Assembly (NCBI GenBank): GCA_011109175.1
Contig: RDEW01000008.1
Coordinates: 1,369,447-1,402,446 of the forward strand
Length of the DNA stretch: 33,000 bases
DNA from: Dicyema japonicum
Taxonomy: Eukaryota > Animalia > Dicyemida
Direction of reading: 5' to 3'
The first letter of the stretch is position 1. Each line of letters begins with the position of its first letter. A program made the position numbers and the translations under genes. This document shows, piece after piece, positions 11,420 through 22,516 of this stretch. The notes under the pieces were generated by a model. That model saw only the letters and a program-made list of their open reading frames with translations. It made no database searches and was not told the DNA's origin.

Positions 11420-12100
11420 TAAATTATTAACCCCGGCTTCGCCAGCAAGTGGGAAGCCGGCGACCATCAGAGAGCATGCAGTCCGGACAGGTCGCTCCCA
11501 GAGATCCCTCGACTTTTGCATCGGTGGTCAGGGCAGGGAAAAAGGTCCCGAACTACTCTGCCAGCCAGAAAAGGGTGGTGTCCACATCGTAGGCGAGCCA
11601 GTCCGATTCTGATCTTCCTCGGGAGCGATTGTTCCGTTGGACTGATATCAGGGAGAAGCGCTCCAAGACTTTGTTATATTGAAGTGTCCTAATGGCCCGT
11701 GTTGAGATGAAATCATGGATTCGGCGGGTCCAAGTTGAGTCTTCTTGAGGGGGGGGGGGGGGGGGGTGATCTTCGACAAGGCTCTTTGTAGGTCAAAGAG
11801 GGTCCTGCGTATGTATCTGCGGTTATTGTTACTTAGCAGAGCGTGAACTGGGTTATTCGGGTCGAACGACTGCCGTAGGAATTGTAAATTACGCATTTCC
11901 AGGTGGTCACAGAACGGGAGGATTTTCGACTCCCAATGTAAATGGTCGGTGGGGTTGACTTTAAGCAGCCAGTTATTATTCTCAGCGCCGAGTTTTGCAC
12001 TTTCTGCAGTTCTTGAGAAAGGGACAAGGAGATTGAGAGGGCCCAACTTGGTGAGGCGTAGTAAATGCCCAAAACAACCCATTGACTCTTCCAAAACACC
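11420..12100 (-). mobile_element. 5'-truncated LINE (Ingi/Vingi/I-like RT thumb and C-terminus)
   Basis: YYASPSW..LQKVQNSALRIITGCLKSTP/TDHLHWESKILPFCDHLEMRNLQFL..NNPVH; EQSLPRKIRIGLARLRCGHH; DLWERP. Contains a G18 run at 11749-11766. Confidence 0.85.
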
Positions 12101-12377
12101 AGTCTTGTTAAATTAAATATTAAATTAAATTTAAATTAAAATAAAAATAAATTTATTTACCAAAAACCACCGTCATGGGCAGAATGAGAAATTTCAGGTG
12201 ATCCCGGTTTCCCTCAGCAGTCTTCGCATCTTCTCCTTGTTTTCAGACTGTGTTTTGGCACATTTGCGATAAGAACGGGGTTCTCGCACACGAAATCTCC
12301 ACCAGAAAATTTCCTGTTGCACGATGTTCCTGTCTGAGACCCTGTTTATCTATAACATAAAAAAAATACTGGCTGCC

Positions 12378-12850
12378 TAAAAACCATACCAACTGATCAC
12401 CTACACTGGGAATCGAAAATTCTCCCAATTAGGGACCATTTCAAGATGATAAATCTACAACTCCTTGACAAGTGTAAAACTCTGGGACATTCAGCTCACT
12501 GTCTATAGGTTTCCGCAAACAAAAAAAGAACTATTCCTACTCTTAGTGATCAAATTCTGATTCTACAAATCATCCAGAGACTGAGCCTCTCAGTAGCCAC
12601 AGAAAACAATCCATGACTAGATAATCACTAAAACCACAAGAAGCCTTGCAATAAACAAGCTTCTGGAACATATTCCATTAATTGTTGACGGAATCGAAGG
12701 TTCCCTACCGCGGTTCGAGTCCACGTTGTGGCCATCACTAGAATTTACATTCAGATCTATACAGGATTGTACATTCGTCCTCTCCACTCTTCCCATCGTG
12801 CTTTCTTAAAGACCGGGTCATCTCTTCTCCTGTCCGGGTCCACCTGCTAG
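12378..12850 (+). mobile_element. Second copy of the same LINE family, opposite strand
   Basis: TGCLKTIPTDHLHWESKILPIRDHFKMINLQLL; NKLLEHIPLIVDGIEGSLPR; RCGHH; GHLFSCP. Confidence 0.82.
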
Positions 12851-13445
12851 TTCACTTCAGAACCAAATATACCAATCTGATCTCTGGAAGCGTCCATTCT
12901 TTGCTGTAACGTTTTTGTTAGGCATCGGTTTTTTTTATTATCATTAAGCCAAAAATCACCAGGTAAACAATAATTAATGGAAAAGGCCATCATATGATCC
13001 CGGCTTCTCTCAGATATATTTTCATTTTTCCACGGTGTTGCTACCGGGAAATGACACATTTTCGATAACAACGTTACGTTTGACACATGAGGGCTGAAGG
13101 TCATGAGGGTGGCAATGATATTCTTAGAATCTTACCTTGTTTCATGTGTAGGATTAGTTCACCATTCAAAAAGAATTCGTCGGAATAACTTGATGGTCTT
13201 CAGAAATCGATGACTTTTCTGTGGACGTTGACATTGAATTTGTGTTCAACCCTTCATCAAGTCTGTCCAGAGTAGTTTACACTGTGTTAGTAGCTGTCGT
13301 AACACATATATCCTTGCAAGCATAAATTATGTCATCGACATACGCAAGGTTATCGAATTTTCGTCCAAACCGATTAAAATATTGTGCTAGAATAAGTTAA
13401 AAAAAGGACGGTGGCAAAGAGGAACTCTGTGGCACATCGTTTAGG
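12850..13445 (-). mobile_element. LINE reverse-transcriptase core remnant (Jockey/CR1-like)
   Basis: VPQSSSLPP (cf. GVPQGSxLSP), LAYVDDI at about 13328-13348, MTFSPHVSNV (cf. LTFxxHV). Confidence 0.7.
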
Positions 13446-13459
13446 AAGAATAATACCGA

Positions 13460-13860
13460 TTGACAGTGAGCTGTCTAGGTTATGGGTTTCCTGCTTTGAC
13501 AGCCCCCAGGTTCCACAGATGTATGTCAGTATTGGTACCACGAATAAGTTATATCTTTGCTTTCACTTTTGCCAACAATTTATTTTTTATCTGCCAAATG
13601 GGTAATAACTTTTTATTCTCCAGTGGCCAGAATTTTTGGCTTATCACATATTCTGGATCTTCCAGGAGCGACCTCACCTTTTTTGCCGTTTCCATAATTC
13701 GTCAAAGCATTTCTCAGCACGGAAAAAAATTTATTTACTCAGTTTTTTTTATATCAGAATTCCCTCATTGCAGCTTCAAGTTAAACAAATAAAATTGGAG
13801 ATAAAGAATTTCCTCGGGGTACTCCACGTGAAGCGTAAGAAAATCTTCCTGTTAATTTTC
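13460..13860 (-). mobile_element. RTE-clade RT remnant with internal deletions
   Basis: GVPRGNSLSPILF..LEAAMRE; K.VRSLLED (cf. KKLGSLLGD); YNLFVVPILTYICGTWGLSKQETHNLDS. Confidence 0.78.
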
Positions 13861-14459
13861 ATACAGATCCAGCCTCCTACAAGGTATCGAGGTCGTGGCA
13901 ACTAACTAATTTATTGACTAACTAGTAACTCACAAACTTTCAATTTGTATCATTCTATTCAATAATAATAGAGAGCGACTCCTCTTTCAACAAAATATGA
14001 ATTCGGAAAATATATATTTTCTGGGATATCGAATCCACAATTTTGGAAATGTTCTTTAATCGTTGAATTAAATTTAGATTTAGCAAATCATCGGAGCAGG
14101 ATATAAGTTCATTTTTGAGTGATGATAAGTGAAATGTATAAATCTCAAATTCATATTAAAAATTTTAGTTTCAGTCCTAAAATAAAAAAAACTAAAAACT
14201 AAGCTAATGCTTTTTAATGCACGTTGTTTGTATTATTATTTAAGAGTAATCTCGTTGCTATCATTTTCTTCTAATTTTTCAAAGTATTGAACAGTTTTTA
14301 CATTTTTAGAAGGTTGCTTGCTCTTTTAGTTCATTTGACAGATTATTATATCATATTATAGAATACGGCTTATATAACTAGGAGTTTGCATTTATTTATT
14401 CAAAACCAAATATCATCGACTAAGCTCCACAGAATCAATTCAATATACCGAAAACTATA

Positions 14460-14710
14460 TTTATGATGCGGCCTCACTCTGGATCAATGGTTAATTCCCA
14501 ACTCACAGAAGCTACGACCCGTAGTCGCGGAACCGGATTCCTTCGGGTCTGTAAGGAGGTAGTGAAACCCGTTTAGCCTGTCCTTTTCCAAAGCAAAAGA
14601 ATGTCGATTGGTTAGGAAGTCCCATCCTAATCGGATTGCTCTGAAGGGACGAGAGAAGGCTCTTTCTGACCGTAGTGGGAGCAATGGGAAACCACAGACG
14701 TTGGATGGCT
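14460..14710 (-). mobile_element. Possible LINE 3' remnant
   Basis: GC-richer island. SERAFSRPFRAIRLG loosely resembles the ExxLxRxxRxxLxxLRxG motif of the neighbouring LINE family. Confidence 0.3.
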
Positions 14711-15525
14711 CGTATGATTGCGAGAATCGGGATTACCTAACTGTCTGACGTTTTTTATGAGTTTCTTTTTCAATGAACCCGAAGTTCTAAATAAATGGAT
14801 ATATCATGACTCTTGTTTACAAAATGTGTTTTAGTGTCTTTCAAAAAAAATTTTTGTTAATCGTAGTGCGGTCGATTCTGCTCCCACTTCATTTTTACTC
14901 TGAAATAGATCAAATTATTAAGAAAATCCGTAAATTTATCCTGTTGATTTCTGATTCTGCACGAAATGTGACGAGTGCTATTATTATTCACAAACGCAAC
15001 ATAAAAAATTATGATCTGCTCTTGTCAGGAACACGGAATACTTTTTCATGAGAAGCTTCCACGCTCACCTCAAGATCCAATTTTTAGAAAGTGTCTAAAT
15101 TTTCTTATTCTTTTAGCTTTACTTTTAAATTTATTAATCTTCTTGATTTCAACGAATAGAGTGTACTCGGTCGTCCTTGATATTTTCGGGTAGACTCGAA
15201 GTACGCTTCAATTACATTGCTGGCAGGAACCGTTGGATCTATTCTAAGGATAAGTACAAATGACGAATGGTATGTGACAATATATATCAGAGCTTCTCAG
15301 ACTTTTTCATGCGGCTCACATGGCGCCGAAAAAATTACTTAGCACACCTTCACCAAATAAAGTGCGCACAATCATTTTGGAGGCACGAATGATCAAATTT
15401 TCGCCAAATGTATAAGCTTTCATTTGAGTAAGCAATTAATTCCGCAATAATATAACTTTTAAATTAATAATGATTAAATTAACTAATTAAGCGTATTTTA
15501 ATCCAGATTGTTAGTAATCCTCTTC

Positions 15526-15812
15526 TTATCTTAGAAGAGAGTGTGCCATAACCTCCCTGTTACTCCGCATCTCCAAATCAGATTCAGTCAAAATATCTCC
15601 GTTAGAGTCCAGTGGGCTGTCCTCACGGCATGCCAGTTTCACAAGTTGGGCCACACTCTCTTTTGTTTTGTGGCTGATATTTGGTTTTAGTTTTGAATTT
15701 TTCCAGAATTGACTCACGACTCTAAGATTTTATCGGCAATTCTTTGGCATGGTCATAAGTAGTTGTCTTCCTTATAACTCAATATTTGCACTTTTTGTTC
15801 AACAGTGAGTCA
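15526..15812 (-). mobile_element. pogo/Tigger (CENP-B-like) transposase N-terminal HTH remnant
   Basis: LTVEQKVQILSYKEDN..QRIADK..VSQFWKN resembles HTH_psq; NGDILTE resembles the Tc5-type SGxILxEKA. Stops and frameshifts are present. Confidence 0.5.
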
Positions 15813-16061
15813 GTTGTATATCGACCACTAGAATCACAGAGACATGCTACTCAAATAAAGTTTTACTGTTTTAATTTTCAGTACTTTTTTTAAAGACTTT
15901 AAAAATAGTAACAATATTTTGCTTAAAATTTAGAAACTATTAACAAACCTTAAAACCAAAATTAGCTATTAAAACTTTTAAACTAAATTTTTTCTATTCA
16001 CATTCCACTATAGATTTTGAATAATTATTTTTCCGAATATAATTTGAATAATTATTTTTCC

Positions 16062-16495
16062 GCTTCAGTAAACTTCTGAGTAGTCATAGTATTATGAGTC
16101 GGTGTGGTCGATTTAAACTGTTCTTCAATATCTTTAGAATTTGCTGCCGGAATTCAGGGATTGCGTCTGTGGGCGTTTGAGTAGTTGTAGTATTATGATT
16201 CGGTTCAGTCGCTTCAGATCTATTTTGATTTCTTCAGAATTTTTTGTTTGGTCAACAGACATTTGCTTGATTGAGCTTCAGAGTAGGCATCGTATTAAAT
16301 GTGTCAAGTGGTCGATTCAGACTATTCTTCAATATCTTTAAAATTTGTTCCCGGAATATCAGGGATTGCTTCAGTGAGCTTTTGAGTAGTCATGGTAGTT
16401 GTTGGCAGATTATTAAGAGTCGATTCACTTGACTTTTTAGTAATTCTATTAGTTGAGATGGTTGTTGTAATTTTAGTAGTTTTAGTGTAAAAGTG
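16062..16495 (-). pseudogene. Thr-rich, internally repetitive (mucin-like) coding fragment
   Basis: TKTTKITTTISTN..TTTMTTQKLTEAIPDIPGTNFKDIEE, repeated as NTTTTQTPTDAIPE..SKDIEEQFKSTTPTHNTMTTQKFTEA. Units are about 108 bp; stops are present. Confidence 0.5.
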
Positions 16496-16900
16496 ACGGG
16501 AGTTGGTAAAGCAACAGAATGAACGAAAACAGCGGATGATCCATTGCAATCCCTGTTCGTGGGGTTCCACATGTCCTGTGCAGGAATGACTAAAAATGGC
16601 TGCCATTTCCGAATGGTACTGTAGGTCTTTTCTCCTACCAGATAACACGACAAAATCTTCCCTACACACCCTTCTGAACATGATCCACTGGACTATCAGG
16701 AAATACTTGAATTGATCTAAAACCTGGCACATACATGAAGACTCCTGATCAGGATACTTAAAACTGTCAGTATATCTGTCGCGGACAGTTTATGTGAGTG
16801 TATTGAAAGAGCAGTTTCTTTGGATGACTCTGAGGATTGGGTCGATTATTTTGCTTCGCAATTGATATGCACCTTTGTTCATCACCCAAAATTGAAAACA
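16495..16900 (+). mobile_element. CRE-clade 5' fragment with PHD finger
   Basis: MIHCNPCS/GFHMSCAGMTK/MAAISEWYCRS at 16536-16628, then LIRILKTVSISVADSLCECIERAVSLDDSEDW/RLFCFA. The latter is homologous to LRIPKDARIPAAECLTSLIDKAISSSDQASWIRLLSFA in the 18350-19600 copy. Confidence 0.75.
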
Positions 16901-16921
16901 TTCTCACAAAATGCGAAAGGA

Positions 16922-17170
16922 CAGAGAACCCCCAATTGACGTCCTGAGAAATCGAACCTATGTAAAAGAGATCGTGGTACTTTGAATGACATCCTACCCC
17001 CTTTCTGGACGAGTTCGTTCATCTAACGAGTCCGATCGATGCAGATATCCGAGAATGAGCTAGACAGACAACCCTCAATTGACTTTTTAAGAACTCGAAC
17101 CTATGTAAAAGAGATCGTGTTACTTTCAATGACATCCCAGCTCCTTTTGATCGAGGTCGTTCTTAACAAT
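16922..17170 (+). repeat. Degenerate tandem repeat, period about 143 bp, about 1.7 copies
   Basis: cagagaacccccaattgac..tcgaacctatgtaaaagagatcgtggtactttgaatgacatcc at 16922 recurs at 17065. Confidence 0.85.
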
Positions 17171-17476
17171 AACTGGATGACAAATTTCCAAGCGATTTTT
17201 AGGAACGTCGAGATCCCGTCCCTGTAATGTGGACTACCCACGTGGGAGTGGGAAGTTTATACAATTAACCGAAATATAAGAAAACGGAAGTTCACTCTTT
17301 TAACTCATATTGACTAAACCAAGAAGGAATTTGCTGAAGAACCATAGCAACTAATCTTAGGCATTCAAGTATCGTTCTGTAATATAATAGTCTTTTTTTA
17401 GGCTAGCCTTTCTAAGGTCAACGATAAAGTTTCATCAGATATGAGTGGTTTAATATTCGTGAGCTATTATGAGGAT

Positions 17477-17737
17477 GTAATTGTATTAGTTGAGATGGTT
17501 GTTGTAATTTTAGTGGTTTTAGTGTAATAGTGACGGGAGTTGGTAAAGCAACAGAATGAACGAAAACAGCGGATGATCCATTGCACTGCCTGTTCGTGGG
17601 GTTCCACAATGTCCTGTGCTGGAATGACTAAAATGGCTGCCATTTCCGAATGGTACTGTAGGTCTTTTCTCCTACCAGATAACACGACAAAATCTTCCCT
17701 ACACACCCTTCTGAACATGATCCACTGGACTATCAGG
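17477..17737 (+). repeat. Near-identical 261-bp duplicate of 16440-16700
   Basis: Direct alignment with few differences. Spans the junction between the Thr-rich sequence and the CRE PHD region; ends where the SINE begins. Confidence 0.95.
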
Positions 17738-18060
17738 GCTTAGTGGTTAGGTGTCGGGCTTAAGTGGCTTAGGCTACGGGTTCGAATCTCGCTGCTGTTC
17801 ACCTGGTGGAAGGTTCCACGCATCTACGATGCAGAAATGGTTTGACGAGTGACGCCGTCATCAGTGAATACTCACTGCGGAACTGGATTTGTCTAGAAAG
17901 GACACTCACACAAGAAAAAAAAAGAAGTGAAGATCATTCCTTGGTTCTACGATTAGTTAAAATTAACTGTTCTTTACTTAAATAAAGTGTGTGTCCTGCC
18001 TATGCGGAGCTATAAAATACTATGGCTCTCGTGAAAAGGCTTTATTATTATTATTATAAT
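17737..18060 (+). mobile_element. tRNA-derived SINE, copy A
   Basis: A box ggcttagtggttagg (17737-17751), B box gggttcgaatctc (17778-17790), core shared with copy B, 3' stem-loop gagctata-aaatac-tatggctc (18007-18028) and a (TTA)n tail (18042-18056). Confidence 0.8.
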
Positions 18061-18349
18061 TATGAGGATGGTAGAGTATGAAAGAATTAACTTCGGAATA
18101 GCAATATTGAATTTGTAAGCAAAAGGATGTTAAGCTTTGACAATGGTCCTCATTGGTCAAATTAATTGAATAATATTCAAGAGATCATTTTAATTTAGTT
18201 TTCAATTTAACAAATAAAAATTAACCCTAACTCTAAAGTTATATTAGGTAACTTTTAGGTATACAATTTAATTTTTAAAGCAATTTAATTCACTTTTTAG
18301 GTCATTTTTTGATTCTAAAGATAACCATTAAAATTCCGAGATCCAATGT

Positions 18350-19600
18350 CATTTTCTGGTTGATATTTGAAAAATCCTTGATCGGTCACTTCCACCCCAA
18401 ATTGAGTCGGAACAGCTCTTTAGCAATATTGTGAGAAACTTTCCGAGCAGTGATTTTAGCAGCAAGCCTTCGAAAGTATGTACCGATGGCAATTGGGCGG
18501 ACACTTCCATCTCCTGTTCGAAATGCCAATAAATGTCCACAAAAAATATCTCTAGCAAATTTTGGAATATCATCATTAACTATTAGAGTGAGCAGCAAGT
18601 GACGACGTTAGCAAGGTACGGCCGGCCTCAGCAGTAACTTCGTAAGTTAGGCCCTTTACATTCTTGGCCGCAGTTCGTCCAGACCTCAGAAGCTACTGAG
18701 ACAATAGAATTTATCCACGCACTACTTCAAATTACGTGGGAGTAAATGACAGGAAATCTTCTGGCATTGTCAAGTTCGCTGGTTCGGTGGTTGAGCAGGG
18801 CGCTTCCTTCTCAGTAACTCCAGACTTCTCGGCACGGCTTTAACAGTGTTTCGTCACAAGACACTACTTCGTCAGCTGAGCGAACGTCCCCTACCATCAG
18901 TTTTCGGTTCACTCTCTTATGAAATGTTTTAGAATCAACTTGATTGCACCCAGCTTCTGCAAACAACTGTTTACGCCTATGTACTTGCTCAGGCTCGATT
19001 CCTGAGTCTTGCTGCTTTGAAGTGGCCAAAAAGGCAGAAGTATTCGTCTAGATTTTTGAGGCCAGTGATCCATTGCAAGCTTGCTCTGAGGCAGAAATTT
19101 CAAGGGTCATAGGTGCAAAGCTCAGTAGACGTATCCAAGAGGCCTGGTCGCTGGAGCTGATGGCTTTATCAATTAATGAAGTGAGGCATTCAGCAGCGGG
19201 AATTCGAGCGTCCTTTGGTATTCTCAGTAAAATCCGTCTACCTTTCCGCTATCCAATAGACGTAACAAAAAGGGTTCGATTTTTCAAGAATAAAAATAAG
19301 AGCGATGACTGAATTCAGCCTGACGGCGCCGAGAGGCGGCAGTGTGCACAGCTCTATTTATAAATACATGTCGCAGCCAATTTCGACATTCGGACACACC
19401 CAAGGTGGAAAAATCTCTCGCAAGATGTGGAATTCAACCCGTACTTCCTCTCATTGGAACATCCTCAAGACACGTACTGCTCTTTCGATCTCACAGGTAA
19501 AAGTAGTATTTCTTCGAATGTAACGTGATTCATGTCCAATGAAAAGAGCTGTTCCGGATTCTTGACTTTGCCGGACTCGTCCTCTCCTTTGTCGGTCTGG
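18350..19600 (-). mobile_element. CRE-clade element, 5' half (PHD finger, pre-RT region, start of RT), degenerate
   Basis: PHD STC..TSCERFFHLGCVRMSKLAATCIYK*SCAHC (19339-19481); LRIPKDARIPAAECL; RKLMVGDVRSA; GLDELRP; LLAFRTGDGSVRPIAIGTYFRRLAAK (CRE RT motif RPIAxGxxxRRL). Confidence 0.88.
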
Positions 19601-20249
19601 GATCACTTAGTTAGATGAGGACTGTTATTTCTTTCTCTTTGACCCAATGATCCTGTAGTAATAATAATAATTAATAGTGTGAGTTCTGCCTCATCTGATG
19701 TTAAAATAGTGGAAATATCACTTTTTTTATTTAAAGAAAAGCCCAATAACTAAATCGACAATACTATGAATTTCCCTAGAATAATAGAAATCATTAATTT
19801 AGTGATAACTGAGAACTCAAAAAAATTTTGAGTTTATAGATACTTTACTACGCTATTTCAAAGAGTAGATACTTTCACCCAGCAATGGTGGGTTCATTCA
19901 ACAACATTGAGCAACAGATGACACGTGCGAAATGTAGAAAAAGTAATTGCCAACTATTTAATAAAATCAACCTTAATTATGAAAAACTCAATTCATTGCT
20001 GACAATAAAAAGATTTCATATCTACATTCCATTGGAAAGCCATTTGCTCCCTGACAACAAGTTCTACCATCGTCTTCTCATTCCGGACCATCGACTTTAG
20101 ATCACTGTGCTTGAGTCAGGATCAACGAATTAGTCATCAGGTTTTACTCTTACATTTAGAAAAATATAGTTTAATTTATTAGTAATATTTTAATAAATTG
20201 ATCACTCAATATCAATTAAATATTCAGCCAATTAATATAAAACTAAATT

Positions 20250-22516
20250 ATAAAAATAACAACATTGTAATTTGTTTGAAACACTTCAGCATAATAATGG
20301 ATTTCTTTCATTTTGGATAGTAAACAGATATTCTCAATTTTCATACCAATGTTATGAGAAATTAACATGCCCATATGTTTATGTACTATTATAAAAATAA
20401 GGAATAACTATATAACGACGATATATTAGCGCATTCCCACACAGCCCAGAGCCAAATTCGTTCATCTGTGATCGCATTCAATAAACGTAACGTTGGCTTC
20501 ATTGACCTTAATATAGAAAATTAAAAATAACACGGATCGAAATGAAAGCTGCAATCAAAATCCTGACTTTTAATAAAGTGAACTATTTTCTCTAGAATAG
20601 GTTCACATGGATTCAAATCGCTAAAATCCGAATTCATAAAAAATGGGAAAGTATAATTTGGATCAATTAATAAATGGCAGATACAACTTAAAATCGAATA
20701 GCCTACATAAATAGGATAGTCAGCTTTGTCCATTTCTCTATTCAATAAAACAAAAATTTTACAATATAAAATTTACTAGACCATACTCCGATATTAAATA
20801 TTTGGTGTTTGAGCCTATTGCAATTTTTTCGACAATTTTAATTACGGGAACTAATATACTTGTGGAATCACATTGAGATACAGAATATCTTTCAAAAAAA
20901 TAATAAAGATATTGAATTCCACTATATTTGAGAAACAAATTCATATTCTTTTCATTTTCGTCTAAGAAAATATATTTTAATACCAATAAGAAAATTCAAC
21001 AATTGAAATTTGCCAGTAGTACTTTGGTCTCCAGTTTTAAGATGTTCAACACATGACTAAAATTATGTTGTCATACGAACTTCGACAAGTCTTTCAGAAT
21101 AGGCAATATAGGCTAGAAGGTCTGTACTCATATTTTTTATAATAGATTTAAGGTTTTCTGAATAAAAGTTATACCAGCAATGAAGATTTAACAATATAAT
21201 TGAGAGTGCAGGTAACGAAAATAAGAATTAATTAACAAAAGATATCATCCGAGGTTTAAAATCGCTTAAATACGCAATATTAGCCTATAAATTGATATCA
21301 GACCATGAAACACATACTGTATTGTCATTATATATAATCTCAAGAAAAATATCTAAAATAAAGCTTTGGATGAAATCTACTAACACCAACTAGTAGAAAA
21401 TAAAATAAATTGTTGTCTGATTATGTCGAATATAATGCTCTTAAAATGGGCATTAACATATATGTAACAACAAATAAACTAAATTTATAATTTAAAATAC
21501 TTTCAAAAATGGTGTTACTAATTTATTATTGATTTCCACATCACGATCAGAAATCTTGCGAATAACATAGGTCAAAAGCTTGATTTTATTATGGAAGTGT
21601 TGAGTAGACGAAACTAGGTTATTTAAAATTGATTGCGGATTAATCTATATTTATCCATGGAATATACAGAATGGCTTATATTTTTACTGAAATGTAAAAC
21701 TTTATGATGGTGAAATTTTATAAATCCTTTTTTTCTTATTCGTCTAGAATTACTGAAATCAAACTTTGATAACTTTTTTAATATCTTTCCTTTAATAAAA
21801 TATCCAGATAAATTCACGCAAGTAAGATTCTTGGCTTTTTTGAGTATAGAAGAAAAATTAAAGTCATATCCTTTCAATTTCCCATCACTTGTATGAATGA
21901 AATATCTAAATTTAATGTAAATAAACCTTAACGAGTCTGGATTGTTAAAGCTTTCTGCAAATTCCCAAAATCAGTAATTAAGACATTGTGAAAATTTATG
22001 CGTTCCAGTTTTTCAATTATTTTTAGTGTATTTCTATAAATAGTCGTACCGCTATTGAGTCCAAGTAGATTAAGAATCTTATTTTTCTAAATCCAGTCAT
22101 AAATAGCTGATGTAGCAAATCTGGGTCATCATACTTTAATAGTGTGAATGATTTGATCTCATTCGGAAAAAAATGGAAGATAAAGATTCTTTTCTAATGA
22201 AATAATTCTTCTTATTGTAATATTTGATTAAGTTTGGATAAAATTGAATCATCTTAACAATGTCTATAACTTCAATATCTTTACTAGTCAATTCAAGGCA
22301 AAAAATGTCCTTCTGTACTTCTTCTGGAATCTTATAAAAACTTGAAAATGTAAAAGATTGATCTTTCTCAGGACGTGAATTCAAATATTTAAGTTCATTA
22401 AGGATTCTAATGGAAAACATTTTTTTAGACTTGTTGTTTAATTTTATATATTTTTGTCCATTAAAATGTCTTCGAATATTATTAATGCATAATGCATATA
22501 ATGAAGGAGTATCCAT
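20250..22516 (-). pseudogene. ZYG11/ZER1-family CRL2 substrate receptor (BC-box, LRR, ARM), disrupted
   Basis: N-terminal TPSLYALCINNI (BC-box-like); LRR-like NLTCVNLSG..LSKFDFS; ARM region LFLKYSGIQYL, VGYSILSCICHLL; C-terminal SMKPTLRLL..LWAVWECAN (cf. ZER1 YRSFEPILRLL..HWATWALYN). Introns at 20738-20762 (25 nt) and 20507-20533 (27 nt). Frameshifts occur, e.g. near 22170. Confidence 0.78.

Noticed and set aside
12700-12735. tRNA T-arm/B-box-like ggttcgagtcc followed by ..ggcca
   Set aside because: No A box or cloverleaf; it lies inside LINE coding sequence (EGSLPR..RCGHH).
16322-16732. 136-aa minus-strand ORF as a real protein (also 17467-17718)
   Set aside because: It is chimeric: the N-terminal part is antisense to the CRE PHD region and only the Thr-rich tail looks coding.
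17737-17800. Functional tRNA gene
   Set aside because: The 5' acceptor strand is missing and the anticodon arm is irregular; it continues into a body shared with a second copy, so it is a SINE head.
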